Positions 36,801 to 50,830 of a DNA stretch of 64,000 nt are shown in pieces. The stretch is from NCBI GenBank assembly GCA_040437565.1, contig JBDOQK010000002.1, positions 682,001 to 746,000 of the forward strand, read 5' to 3'. The translations under genes were made by a program, and so were the position numbers. Every line of letters begins with the position of its first letter. Position 1 is the first letter of the stretch. The DNA comes from Albugo candida (taxonomy: Eukaryota). The notes beneath the pieces were generated by a model. That model saw only the letters and a list, made by a program, of their open reading frames with translations, did not search any database and was not told where the DNA came from.

Positions 36801-39800
36801 GAAGTCATTCTCACAAAGAATAAAGCTGCAGCTGGATTGTGCTCGTGGGTCATCAATATTGTCATGTATTACGACATTCTTATAACAGTAGAGCCAAAAC
36901 GACAAGCTCTCTTAGCGGCCAATATGGAATTAGAAGCTGCCAACAAACGTCTCCATGAAGTCACCACTTTGGTTGCTGAACTTCAAGCCAAATTGGACAA
37001 ATTGCTCGAGGAAGCTGCAGCCGCTGAGAAAGAAAAAGAAGAGGCTATTGCTTCGGTCGAACAAGGCAATCGTAAGATGAAATTGGCCGGAACGCTGACA
37101 AAAGATTTATCGAGTGAGAATATCCGTTGGGGTGTCAATGTATTGCAATTGCAAAAAGAAAAGGATTTGCTGGTAGGTGACGTCCTTCTCGCTTGTGCGT
37201 TTATTTCGTATATTGGACCCTTCACAAAACCATTCCGAGATGAATTGATTAGCAAGCATTGGGTTCCATACCTTCGCGAAGCCGCCAATGGCTCCAGTAT
37301 TGCCATGTCTGAAGAAGCGAATTCTCTAGCCATCCTTACAAATGATGCGCAAATCGCGGAATGGAATACACAAAAACTTCCTTCCGATCGCGTTTCCACA
37401 GAAAATGGAGCTATTGTTGTGACAACAGTGTCAATGGGTCGACGTCCATTAATAATCGATCCTCAACTCCAAGCCATTGCGTGGATCCGCGAAATGGAAG
37501 CGAAAAACAACCTCATCATCGTCCGTGCCGGTCAGAAAATGTGGATCGATCGGCTCAAAGTGGCAATTGGTACAGATGGAGCGTTCCTAATTGAGAATCT
37601 TGGAGAGAAAATTGACCCGATTCTAGCACCAGTGATCCAACGATCTACATGTCGTCGAGGAGCTCGTCTTGAGATCCAAATTGGCGATGCTTCGGTGCCT
37701 TACAACGAGAACTTCCATCTGTACCTTCACACAAAACTTGGGAACCCACATTATCCGCCCGAGATTCAAGCCGAATGCACAATTGTCAATTTCACAGTCA
37801 CAGCGTTGGGCCTCGAAGATCAGCTTCTCAACTTGGTCGTGTCGAAAGAACGAGCCGATCTTGCTATCAAGCGTGAGCACCTGATCCATCAGCAGAATCA
37901 AGGCAAAATTGAGCTGAAAAAATTGGAGGATGATATTCTTTTCTATCTCGCAAGTGCCGACGACGACATCACCAACAACCAGCCATTGATCAGCATCTTG
38001 AGTGACACCAAGCATAAGGCTCAACTCACGCAGAAGAGCATGGAAGCAGCGAAAAAGACCCAAGAATCAGTGAATATAACAAGCGAGAAATACCGAAGTA
38101 TCGCGTCACGTGGATCGTTGCTCTTCTTCCTGATGAATGATATCAGTAAAGTCCATTCGTATTATATCTACTCCTTGGCATCGTTCCAGCAGGTGTTCCT
38201 GCAAGGAATCTATTCCGTTCCGATCGAAAGAGCTCCAATCGCTGTTGTCGACGTCGAAGATGGCGCGTATGAGGATACTGGAAAGACCGATATAAACGAC
38301 CAGGAGAACGCGTTGGATCTGTCGGATGATGAGATGAAGCAGCGATGTGATGCATTAATGCAAAGTATCACGCGCTGTGTGTACAACTACGTCCGTCGCG
38401 GTTTGTTTGAACGCGATAAACTGACAGTTGCAATGATGCTTTGCCTTACGATTCTCATCAAAGAGAATGTGCTTTCACCGTTGGAAGTTGAGCATTTCTT
38501 GATCAGTAAAGGTCAATCGGATGCTGGGAATGCTGGCGTGGCATCCGAGTGGTTATCGTCGGCTTTGTGGTCGAAACTCAAAGCGCTTGAGACGTTAAAA
38601 TGCTTTCATGGACTTGGCGATGGGATCCAAAATGATCCAGATGAATGGAGAAAATGGTTTGCAGCCGAAGACGCTGAGAAACAATCGATTCCAGGGGATT
38701 TCGTCTCGCTTTCCGGCTTCCAACGCATCATCCTCCTTCGATGTCTTCGTCCCGATCGCGTCACCAGTGCATTACGAACGTTTATCAGCGATTCCCTTGG
38801 AGAATCGTATGTGACGCAGGCTCCCTTCGACATGGACGCCACATATCGAGAGACAAGTTTTGCAGTTCCAATTTTCTTTGTCTTATTTCCAGGTGTCGAT
38901 CCTACTTCCTGGGTAGAAGCGCTCGGTCGGAATAGAAACGTCGGCGTGGAACACAACAACTTTATCAATATCTCTATGGGTCAAGGGCAGGAATCATACG
39001 CTCAAGAATCACTGGCAAGGCTGTCGAGTCAAGGTGGATGGATCATACTACAAAACGTCCATCTCATGCAGTCATGGCTCCCAACACTCGAACGTCAGCT
39101 CGAAGAAATCGCTACTGAAGGTGCACATGACAACTTTCGATGCTTTATATCCGCTGAGCCACCACCACTTCCCGATATGCTCAATATCCCGGAATCGCTT
39201 CTTCAGAGTTGTATCAAGGTCGCTAATGAAGCTCCAGCAGATATACAATCGAATCTACGTCGTGCGTGGTCGAATTTCAGTCAAGAGAAAATCAATTCGT
39301 GTTCCAAGCCTCGCGAGTATAAAGCGTGTTTATTCGCACTCTGTTGGTTCCATGCAATTGTGCTGGGAAGAAGACGATTCGGACAGCAAGGATGGAGTCG
39401 AGCATACAGCTTCAATACCGGCGATTTGAGCATTTGTGCCAATATCTTACAGTCGTATTTGGACGCCAATGAAGCAGTTCCGTGGGACGATTTGCGATAC
39501 ATTTTCGGTGAGATCATGTACGGCGGACACATTACAGACTCATGGGATCGACGGACCAATAACACGTATCTCAATGTCTTGCTCCATCCAACGCTGATGA
39601 GCGGCATGGAGCTCGGACCGGGCTTTGCTTCACCAGATCCAGTTGATTTTGACTTTGAAGCATACGCGACGTATATCGATAAGAATATGGTGCCAGAAGC
39701 TCCGCCACTCTTTGGTCTTCATCCCAATGCTGAGATCGGATACTTGACAACAACGTGTGAGACATTGTGCTATACGATTGTGACTGTGCGAGGTGGAGTC

Positions 39801-40763
39801 AGTGATGGAGACACCGATGGCGATAAGACATTGGCGTTAGCGTCGGCTATTGACGACTTTGAAGCACGTTGTCCTGAGTGCTTCTCCATGTTTGATGTCG
39901 TGGAAGCCGCGACGCCATTGCTGACGCAGGAACACGGTCCCTTTGTGGTTGTGTTGCTGCAGGAATGCAGTCAAATGAATGTGTTGTTGGAAGAGATTAA
40001 GACTTCATTAAGCGATTTGAAAAAAGGATTGTATGGACAATTGAATATGTCACAAGCTATGGAAGACCTCGCCACTGCAATTGGACTCAATGAAGTACCA
40101 GGTCGAAATCCATTCTCTCTTTGTAAATGGGAGAAGAAAGCCTGGCCATCCAAGAAATCGCTGTCGAGCTGGTTCCAAGATATGATATTGCGTTACGCGC
40201 AGTTGGAAGCGTGGAAATCCGACTTTAACACGCCATATTCCATGTGGCTTCCGGGTCTGTTCAATCCAACCGCATTCACAACTGCTTGCTTGCAAGTAAC
40301 CAGCCGTCGACGATTGCTCCCTTTGAACCAAATGACAGTCGAAACACATGTGACAGTGTTCCATGATGTTTCGCAAATCAATTATTATCCCGATGACGGC
40401 GTCTTTGTCCACGGACTCATTCTCGAAGGAGCGAGATGGAGCACATCCGATGAGATTGTCGATCGGACGTTTGTGGGCGAGCAACCAGCGACAGAATGTG
40501 GAGGAATGTTGCTTGACAGCTTTCCTAAACAATTGCTTTGGCCTATGCCGATCGTATACGTCAAAGCCGTTCAGACAAAGCCACAATGGGAGCCGACTTC
40601 TGTCGGGTACTTGCGTCATGATCCGAGTCTGTATGAATGCCCAGTGTACCTGACGCGATTCCGTGGACCCACATATATCTTCCTGGCCACTTTGCCCACA
40701 GAATCGGGTCGAGAGAAATGGATTTTGCGTGGTGTTGCGATCGTTTTCCAAGATGATAATTAG
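27820..40763 (+). CDS. Axonemal outer-arm dynein heavy chain with N-terminal kelch propeller and Ig-like domains (Chlamydomonas alpha-HC type)
   Basis: Kelch repeats (PRWRHSA..IFGG, RGAHTA..IFGG, PRSGHQT..IGG), IPT/TIG-like (SIEPSSGPITGNTKVTIGG) and filamin-like (GGDDF...DGTY.V.F...HIRGSPF) domains. Motor P-loops GPAGTGKT, GPPACGKT, GPAGTGKT, GVGGSGKR; stalk; C-terminal YECPVY. The frameshift at 29308-29407 is explained by the gap duplicate. Confidence 0.95.
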
Positions 40764-43700
40764 CCGTTCATCTGACTCTGAATGGATTCAATAATGTGAT
40801 GATGAGCGATGTCATTGACAGCTTTGAAGTAGCCTTTGGCCGCCTTTGGTTTACAAAGACGAACACCGTAGAGGAACGCGAGGCGGAGGTTGCATGCAGA
40901 GCTCAGGTTTTCAGGTTGGACGATATTCAGAGAAGAAATATTTTGTAAAAGGCATTTCCATATCGAAATTGCGGCGTCAATACGACCCACCGATTCGTAC
41001 GCGCTGGCAAGTTCGATCACAAGTGTGGCCAGCTGACGGGGATTCAATTGCGTGCAACCACACTGCTTGTGATACATGTCGATGGCTTGTTTAGGCTCGC
41101 GCATGGACACCAGTCGTATACATTGCCATCCAAACAAAAAGCTTTGGTCGTTGGTATCATACTTTCCATTCACATCGATCTCAGATTCGGAGCATTTGCG
41201 GGTGGCTACAACTTGTGCCAACATATCAAATTCGAACATCATTTCAGCGGTCTTTGCATAGCTTTTCCCTCGAGTCAAAAGCTTGTTTAGAGTCGAATAT
41301 GGAGCATCTTTCTTCACAAGCGCATACGTTGTGTACAAGTACGCCATCGCGCTCGTAGGATTCTCACGTAAAAGCTTGAGCGAAGAGCTTAGAGATCCAT
41401 CGAAACTGCTGCTCAACAGTGTGATCATAACGGACACATATCGTCCAGGCAGTGTGTGGTCAGCTCGGATCTGTTTTGCAACGTCAAAGGCATCGACATG
41501 GTTCTGATCAAAGGCTGCAAGCGCAATGAGAGCGCTAACTCGCGAGTTTGTTGGGAGATCCGTCCACGGCAATGTTTCACGCTCGAAGACATATGCCGCA
41601 GCCTCAAAGTGTTCCCATAATGCGGTCACACTATCGGACCAGAATTCGATCTGTCGTTTGCTTTGTCGGCCCATTTCGATAGCCAAATCTCCGAATGCTG
41701 GAATGCGATCGAATACGACACTGAGACCTGTGATGCCGAGAAGATGGCGACACGCTCGAGAAGAAATCCCTCCATTATCAGCAGCTTCCAGTAAGCCCTT
41801 GAGCCCCCGAAAAGCTTCGTCTTCACGCTTTGCTCTAGCCAGCACCAACACAGTCGCCATTCCAAGACAACTCGCATTGCAAAATAGCGATCGATGTTGC
41901 TTGAGGCACTCGATAGCCTTTTCCGGCAGAGTTTCCACCAAGTCGGCCATTTCGAATCGTTTCTGTCGATTTTGCTGTACATAATTTCCAGCGAGAATCA
42001 TTGCAGCCATCTGATTTCCATCAATCTGACTGATCCATTCCGCGTGTGAATCACTTGAAAGTAGCTCTTTTGCCGTAGTAAATGCCTTTGCGCTTTGTCG
42101 ATATAATTCCGAGTAATAAAGCGCAACGCCCAATGTATTCCAAGCGATTGCATTGAACGGATCGCGTTCGAGATATTTGTGAAGATAAAACACCACTTCT
42201 GCGAGTCGAATGCCGAGTCCATTCTCGATTTCCACGTCATTTGCTGAATGGAGTAGTGAGAACGCCACACCCAATAAAGCGTCTAAATCAAAGTCGAGGC
42301 TCAGAGCACATGCGAACGCTTGGATGCTGAGGTCAGCTGCTNNNNNNNNNNNNNNNNNNNNNNNNNNNNNNNNNNNNNNNNNNNNNNNNNNNNNNNNNNN
42401 NNNNNNNNNNNNNNNNNNNNNNNNNNNNNNNNNNNNNNNNNAGACATATTTTCCAAAATGCTGATACAAATGCGCCAGTGACACGTAATGAGTCGCATTG
42501 TCGGGATCACGTCCAAGAGCTATAAGCATGACATCCACGGCTCGTTCATCGTCCTGATTCACGTGATATTGTGCGAGACAGAGAAGTGCCCATAATGGAG
42601 CCAATTCTCTCTCTTTTGTGAGAGCTTCCCATAAAGTTACGTTCAAATGCTGGCGCTCTGTCGAGTTGTAAAGCGCAGAAAGTGCTTTTCCTGCCATTTC
42701 ATTACGAGGAGATAGCTCCAGTGCACGGAGAAAACACTTCTCCGCCCTCACGGAATCCTTCTGCACCTCTAAATACCATTTTCCAATGTACGAAAAAGCC
42801 TCATCATCGACTTTGAGCCGTGCCGCTTGCAAGAAACAAGTCAAAGAGTACGACTTGTTCACTCGATACTCTCCACCGAGCTTCCAGTATACGGTTCCGA
42901 GTCGTTTTAGTGCGAGACCTTGATCCTTTTTGTCTAAAGCACAAACATGACTCTCGAATTCGACTCTGGCGACATCATTTTGATCCAAATATGTTAGACA
43001 CCACGCGTGTTGGCAATGGAGAAGAGCCTGAGACGAATGTGAAGCGTTGGCTGATCTCGATATCATTTGATCGATGAATGGGAGCGCTTTGGTGCTATTC
43101 TGTTGCAAGTAAATTTCCGAGACGCAAATACCAGCGGAAATAGCCAAATTGTCATTTATCGCTTCCGATACCTTTCTATAAAGAATGAGAGCCGAATCAT
43201 TGTTTCCAGCAAAAGCATACGCTTTAGCCATAAGAAATTTTTCGATTGTGTCCGAGTACCTGCACAGAGAATGAATGAAATGAGCTTTACGGAAACAAGT
43301 GCTTACACTGAGAGATGAGGACTGGTGCCAAATCCTTCAAGCTTTTTTGTTATGACGGAAGGAATCTCTCCCAAAACCGCGAGGATCTGATCAGAATTTT
43401 GCTCCTCGACATAAATCCACGCCAATAAAGTGTACATTCGAAGACATGGTCCAAGAAGACAGGAGCCATTTTGCCGTATAGCACTCATAAGCGTTTGTCG
43501 AGCTGATGAAAACTTTTGTTCTTCAAATTGCTGTAAAGCGTGAGTCATCAAACTGAATGGCGAGTTGGAATTAATGGCGACAAGTCGACAAGTGAGGTCG
43601 CTGGTATCGTTCCACATTGAAACTACAGATCAAGCGATCAGATTGAGGCTTCTTCTATGAGAATGAATGACGTACCTGCATCTTTATCCTCTGTTCGACA

Positions 43701-44780
43701 CAAAACGTACTCGAGAGCGAGCGTTGCGATCGGAAACCACTCTAAAACTCTAAATACCAAACCATCCAGTTCTGTTTTAAGAATATTCTTCTCCAAATTT
43801 GAGCCTTTTTTGAGATCGTTTATCAGAGCGCTTAAGCAGAATGTGATACTTTTGGAAGTTTGTTCGACTTCAGAGTCAGAAAGATCTAATTCCGTCACTT
43901 TTAAACGCTCCGAGTCGTATTCCCAGCTCCCATATTCTCCAACAGCGCGAATGAATTCTCGTGCAATTTTTGTTCGAGATAGAGAAGAATCTGCACATTT
44001 CTCGAGATTGAGCGTCGGATGCTATCACCACAAAGAATTGAGCAGAGCTTCCTTGACGACAAGCAACACATACTTGCAGCAAATCGATGAGCTGTAGCCA
44101 TATTCGGACGGGAGATATAATGTCGTAATTCGGAACATGCAACAGAGAAAAGACTTTGTCCTCACGATGCAAAAGCGAGTAGAATGCATCAAAGGCCTCC
44201 ACACCAAAACATATCGTAAGTCACTCCCAGCAGAGTGTTTCTAAACGGTACCGTTGAGAGTATGTGAGCCTTTACTGCCGATTGTGCGAGTTCCAGTGTT
44301 AATTTTTGAGCAGCTTTTATCTTTCCGGTGCTGCATCCAATACGTCAAAGGGATTCATACCTTTGAAGAAAGTCTCACCTCTTCAAAATGGAGCAAAGCA
44401 CTTGGAGCGAGTCGACTCTTTTGACCCAATTCTCCTGTTTGTTGTACAGATCCGAAAGAGCCTAAAGAGGCAATAAGAATCGATAGAAACTGTAGGAGAT
44501 TATATTCGTACTCTCCATGCGGCAGGGAAGCCGGGTTTTAGCTGTGTGACTCGGAGGTACGCTTTTTCGCATTCTTCCCACTGTAAAATTATAAGTTTTG
44601 TGACTTTCGCAATGATTAAGGGACTTGTACCTTCTCTAAGGAGAAATTTGATTTTCCAATAATCATAAGAGCATTTGTATTGTCCGGTTCATGCAAAGTG
44701 ACTTCCTGACAGCGATTGATCGCTTCTTGGTACTTTTCTTGCTTGAAAAGCGCTAGAGCTTCTTCCAACCGATGGACCAT
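40760..44780 (-). CDS. SKI3/TTC37-like TPR protein (superkiller complex), multi-exon, with an internal sequence gap
   Basis: N-terminal TPRs (ALFKQEKYQEAINRC...NALMIIGKS, LPAWRA), then CFLQAARL...EAFSYIGKWYLEV...RAEKCFLRALELSP, which resembles SKI3. Sequence is missing at 42342-42441. Confidence 0.78.
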
Positions 44781-44790
44781 AGTTATACGA

Positions 44791-44840
44791 ATAGCCAATC
44801 AGAAAGCATATTTTGCCATATATGCGGTTACTAACCAATG
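44791..44840. promoter_or_regulatory. Two CCAAT boxes in a 94-bp divergent intergenic region
   Basis: AGCCAATCAG (44793-44802) and AACCAATG (44833-44840) lie between ATG 44780 (-) and ATG 44875 (+). Confidence 0.45.
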
Positions 44841-44874
44841 AGATACCATCATTTGACATCCGAATCGACATAAA

Positions 44875-46472
44875 ATGTCGCTTTCATCGCTTCGAAAAAG
44901 CTCAAAAATGTTCGGATTCTCTATTCAGTCGATCACCAAGTCGTTCTGGCGAAAACCTTACGATACATCGAAAACATCGCTTAAGTCAGAGCATTTCGAG
45001 CGATATGAAAAGCTCAGAGATCAATTTATGATTGCGTCTGCAGCGCTTTCGATCCGAGAGATCGATACTTGGTCCATCGCCATGTGGCTTCTCTATTATC
45101 CAGTCCGGTACTTGGACTTTGTTATGTCTAGCCATCATCGTTTCTTGGATCGTATGATTGCGAGACTGACACAGCATCGTGTCTTCTTTCCGCACGGATT
45201 TTTTGGGGATGGATGGGGCGATGTCACTGTATCCGAACGTATTCGAAAGATTGCTGAAAGCGATGAAATGAAGAGAGTGCATACAATAAAAAACGGGATT
45301 CAATGGATGTCGGTCAAAGCGTTTCCAAACTTAAAAGTGAAGCTGCAGGAGGGAAGCTTTCGAACAACGTTAGAGGAGGGCAGTGTGCTACCAGAATGCA
45401 GTCAAACTGCGTACTTTGAATTAGTAACACCACTTGAGATGAAAAAAGAAAAGAATTTCGATACACTGGTCATATCGCTACCAGGAACAGGTGAGCATGG
45501 GTATGGGCACCGACGTAATACGCTGGCGATCCCATTGGCGTTGCATGGAGTCTCAACATTGGTGCTGTCACCTTTGTGGATTGTTGAAAGCAAAGAATCA
45601 CTTGATTTTGATTGCGTAGATATTGGAAGGTCCATTTTATGGGAAACGAAAGCCTCCAAATCAAATAGGATCCAAATTACGCCGGTATTTTTCGTTGACC
45701 TTGGCACAGCAATTAATTTATTGGGAATTCTCGGACTGGTAGAGTTAGTGATTTGCCGCTGTTGGGACAAACAACCATTACCGAAGCCAAAAGTCTGCTA
45801 TACCATTTTAAGGAACACCATTCATATACGCGGTTTGTAGTAGCTGGTCCGTGGGTATCGCATATGAGAAGCAAACTACCTCGATCTCACTGAGCTAGTG
45901 TAGGGAGCAGTATGGGAGGACTTCATGCAGCGATGACGGCATCAACCTATCCTTTTGACGTTGGAGTAGTAGCATGGCTAGCACCTTTATCTGGAGCTTC
46001 AGCATTTGCGGAGGGAGTGCTGTCTAATTCATGTAATTGGAGCGCTTTGTATAATGAAAATATTGACCTGCAAGACGCCATCTCCAATCGAAAAGATGCT
46101 ATTCCATTTTCTGCGCCATCAACCGAGCATATGATAAAAGTCCATGGAGATAAGGAATCGGCAAAACAACGCTTAGTACAACTCTTATCATTCACTGATA
46201 TCACCAATTTCGCACCTCCTAAGCGGCCCGAAGCAACGGTCTTTGTTTATGGAACAGAGGACACTTATGTTGGCTCTAGTGAGGCTCAACGAAGGGTACG
46301 TGTTCAGAATTGCAACTATCTGTAATTTAGTTATGACTCTTTGATGCAGAAACTGCAGGAAAAATGGCAACCGATGCAAATTCGATGCATGAAAAGAGGA
46401 CATGTGAGTGGAATACTACTGGAGCAAGAAGTATTCCAGCAGACAATATTACAAATCTTACAAATTTTGTAG
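44875..46472 (+). CDS. Alpha/beta hydrolase, ABHD18 (DUF2048)-like, multi-exon
   Basis: FFGDGWGD, LPGTGEHGYGHRR, ILEGPFYGKRKP, spliced nucleophile elbow AGSSMGG, FAEGVLS, terminal RGHVSGILL. Confidence 0.85.
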
Positions 46473-48738
46473 CATGGCAGTCAATTCAGAATGGTGGGAG
46501 AGAGCCCTTTTTTGAAATGATGTATGAGTCGTTAGAGCTGGTAGAGTGTTAGAGATAAGAGTTGATTACAATAACGACGGATTTCTATTTTGTCTGAGAG
46601 TGACTTCGTCGTAAAGTAAATTTTGAGGAATGTAAGTTGAACGGTGTCTCTGAATTGAACACCTTCCAACGCACATAAGGATCTACGATATACAGCGATG
46701 AAAAATTAGAAAGATCTTGTCGAAATATTCAGGTAGTCGATATACTCTGAGTTGGATACGAATTTCGAAAAGACTTTGGCCACGGGCTGTTATCTAGTAA
46801 TTAAATAGAGTCGGGTTTAAACCATACAGCCAACTTTTTCACAAACACAATGTTTGCGATATCCAGCTGTATCTGCGGAGCTATTAGCGACATCTAAAAG
46901 TGTATCGCTGGAATGTGTCAAGTAGCTTTCGGAAGGAAATGTACGTACCAGAATTGTGTGATAGATTCATCATACAGCACGAACTTGATGATTATTTTTC
47001 GACGCGATTCATGTTTGTGACATATAGCCGATGTGGCCGTATATCAAGAAACATACAAGTTAGAGAAAATGACTAGATCTCGAGCCGACTCATTTTGTTG
47101 CTACATTCAGCTGTCGCTATTTGTTGGGCTGGGAGTCGTTCGGCTAGGATGATCCTTGAATTGATGGTGTGCAAAAACGATTTACTGCTAAAGTTCCTCG
47201 GCAATTGATGCTTCGCAAGGGTACAACATAGTTAGTACTTTGATCAAGCGTCATTCATGGAAATAAGGTCACGCAGATGCCACCGAACTTGCTTGATAGC
47301 TCACCTGGTCACGAACCACTAACACGACGCAGCGTCTCATGTATTCCAAAGATGACACCAAAGTACAATCTTTTCTTTGCTCGACAGCGCAAAATACCTG
47401 GCAAGGTCATCTAATTTAGATAGACTGGCGTCTGGTTCTGTATCCTCATACGAAGTAGCCATCAACAGTGGTTTGTTGACACATTTCTCGCATTTCTTCT
47501 CAAATCTCGGGGCAAATACTCTAGCAAAGTTAGCTTACCCTCGGTTAGTAAGATTACTGCCGTGCGGCTGAGGATCAGCAAAGAAATCAAAGAGTGGTCG
47601 CAAGGAGTCACGTAAGAGAAGCAACAGGCAATTTGTAGCTAATTTTGCCGATCCTATCTCTCTATGTGCACACGTTACAGCTTTTGCGATTACCAAGCAT
47701 AGACCAACTTTACCAGAGTTTTTGCCTCGGGATAAGAGGAGAAATGATGTGTTGTTGGTAAACCGCGTACTTTTTAAAACCCGGGGGAACATTGTAGAAA
47801 GTCATAATTTTTTGAGAATTCAAAAGCCCAATTTTCAAGTTCATTTCCTTACTTCCTTACAAGTCTCTGAATTTAAGTAGATCATAATCAGACCAAAGTC
47901 AGCATCAGAGGCTTTCATCCCAATGCTCTCACTATAAAGAAAATAGGTGGTAGATTTCTGGGTTCTCAAAATTCCTATCAAATGATCAGATTGTTGGGAG
48001 TCCCACGTTGTCTCACGCTAGTGGACACGATATAATTTGCTAACAGATGCAGATGAACTGAACAATTCCCGACGAAAAAGACGCTAGATAACTGAGACAG
48101 TATGAGCTGGTCCAAGTCATGACCATGGTTGCGATTACACCAAGGTGGAGTATATTTGAAAGTCGCAGAATTATTGGAAGTTCGACACAGTTCTTCGTGA
48201 TTGTGTGGACTCCAAGGCTCACTTGGCAGGAGATCAACATTATCTCAATTTCAGACCATTTGGCTTAGCTACACAGCCTCGAAGTCATCCATGAGCCACG
48301 CGACGAACGAAAGAATACCTAAACGGTCGATTAACTCGGCATACCCGTAGAGCTGCAAGATAATACAAAAGGATAGTGCTGTTTTATACGATCTGAACAA
48401 GTACATTCAAGGCTAGATAAGCGGAAGCGACCGAATGTGCTTCTATTATGCACAGCCAAACAAAACGTTATGGTAACATCACTACTATTTCATAATATCT
48501 TCTCGCAAGACAAATAGATCCGTAGCGCTGGCCAAACTCCTTTACCCTCCCCATGGCCTGTATCCCCTGCTCGATTTTTGATAGTTGAGAATAAGACGAC
48601 TCTAATTTTAATAAACTGTGTCATGAAGCCATTCACAATTCGTCCCTACTCTTCGATATCATATTAGATGTACAAAGAACTATCGCCATCCGTGCCGCAT
48701 GAGCGGCAATTCTTCATCCCAAATTTACAATTCTACTC

Positions 48739-50752
48739 ATGTACTCGAATGCCCGTCAATGGGTCAACTATAACTATGCCTTTTCGCGAAGTTTATGCAC
48801 ATTTCGTCGCGTTCGTGGCATGAAAGACCTTTACGGAGAAGAAATTCATCGTCATGAATTCGTATCGCAGACATTGCAATCGATTGTAACGCGCTACGGC
48901 TTCCAGAAGGTGAATTCTAACGCCGTTCAAATATATGACTCACATACTTTGATCGGATTGAGCAGATTCAGACGCCGGTGCTCGAATATACAAATCTGTA
49001 CACACGCTCACTTGGAGCTGATTCCGACATTGTAAATAAGGTGAAATAGACGCCACAGCGCACAAAAAAGTGAATGAAATGAGGCGTTTTAGGAAATGTA
49101 TACGTTCCAAGATAAATCAGGGGATAGTGTGAGCTTGCGACCGGAAGGCACTGCAGGTACATACAGGAGCATGGTATCAATTACCTGACATTTCTCACAT
49201 CACGTAGGCGTCATTCGAGCGCTGAGAGATGGTAATTTAGTCCCAACGCTTCCGAGAAAAGTATTTTACATTGGAAATATGTATCGGTATGGAAGCCGAA
49301 ATTGTGCAATCAGATGATAGACTTCTGTATATTCAGATATGAACGCCCTCAACGCGGACGATTTCGCGAGTTTCAGCAGTTTGGTACTGATCACATGTCA
49401 CTCACAATGGTCTTGACTAATTGTATGATGCTACTCAAGGAGTCGAGTATGTGGGATGCGCGAGCCCTTCGGTCGATGTGGAGGTTTGTATTGTCATATG
49501 CTTCGGTATCGACGATTTGCGTGACGTATTAGGTCCTGATGATGGCTGACCGCTGTTTACGGGCGTTGGGAATGAGACAAAGAACCGAGTTGCACATCAA
49601 CACATTGGGCGATGCGGAAAGGTTTGTTCCGAGCGCTGATGTCATGATTTTGATTAGCGCTCTGTGTAGTCGACTTCGATACAAACAAGCTCTGGGTGAC
49701 TACTTTTCCAGCCGACTTCGATTGTTGTCTAGTGACAGTCAGCTCAGGTGATGGGAGAATTCTCATTATGTGACGTAATTGACCTCAATGCGTCAGGTTT
49801 GAGCGGGGGAATATATTACGGATTCTAGACTCCAAAAACGATCAAGATCAAGATGTTATCACTAGTGCTCCTTCATTCGACCAATATCTTTCTCGTATCG
49901 CCTCTGAGGTTTGCTCCGGCCTTTATAAACCTCACGAATTAGGACTGATACGTTTTAGTGTTGAAGCGATTTGAGGCTGTGCAAAGTGGACTGCAAGAGC
50001 TCGGTATCGACTTTGTGCATAATTCGCGTCTGGTACGCGGTCTGGTACGATTTCAAGCAATTCATCAAGTCAAAGCGGTTATATTATTCCAACTTTTAGG
50101 ATTATTACTGCGATACCGTGTTTGAATTTGTCGAACAAGACCAGAGCTCCAGCGTAAAGTTGGCTCTGTTTGCTGGAGGCTGTTATGAGAATCTGATGGA
50201 ATCTGTGGGCGGCTCAAAATTACTGTGTATCGGCTGGGCCGCTGGTATCGATCGACTCTGTCTTCTGAGCAATCTGATACCTTCCTCTACCACATCGTTG
50301 TTTGTATGTCGAGTATTCATCTCCATTTCTCCTCCGACGTTTGTGCGTTCAGATCATATCATTACCGTCCGCAAGTCGGAATCTACAGCCAAAAGCGTTT
50401 GAGATAGCTGAGGTGCTGTTCCTATTCTCGCATTTTCTACCTTCTGCTAATCTTTGCTACTACCAGAAACTTCGAGAGCAAGGACTGATAGTCCACTTGA
50501 GCCACGGGAACGACCAACTCAAAAAGCAGCTCAAGGTATTTCGCATTCTAGGCGCATTCGATCGTCCAAATTCACAACATTCTGCGATAGACCGCAGATC
50601 GTCTCAAGTGTGACTACACAGTCTTCCTGGGAGATCAAGAGTTCAAAGCTGCACAAGTGCGTGTGAAAAATATGCAAAGTGGCGAACAGCAAACAATTGC
50701 ATGGAGCCAACTTGACCAAATGTATTCACAATTGATTAGGCCGGCCAAATAA
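48739..50752 (+). CDS. Histidyl-tRNA synthetase, bacterial-type, probably mitochondrial; about 13 introns
   Basis: Transit-peptide-like N-terminus, [67 protein letters not shown], anticodon-binding C-terminus (VKNMQSGEQ). Confidence 0.92.
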
Positions 50753-50830
50753 CACTGTCGGAATACCAAATTCTAACGGTCCAAATGGTGTTGGTCTAAA
50801 AGCATTCGCAGCTCTTACTTCCACATGAGC

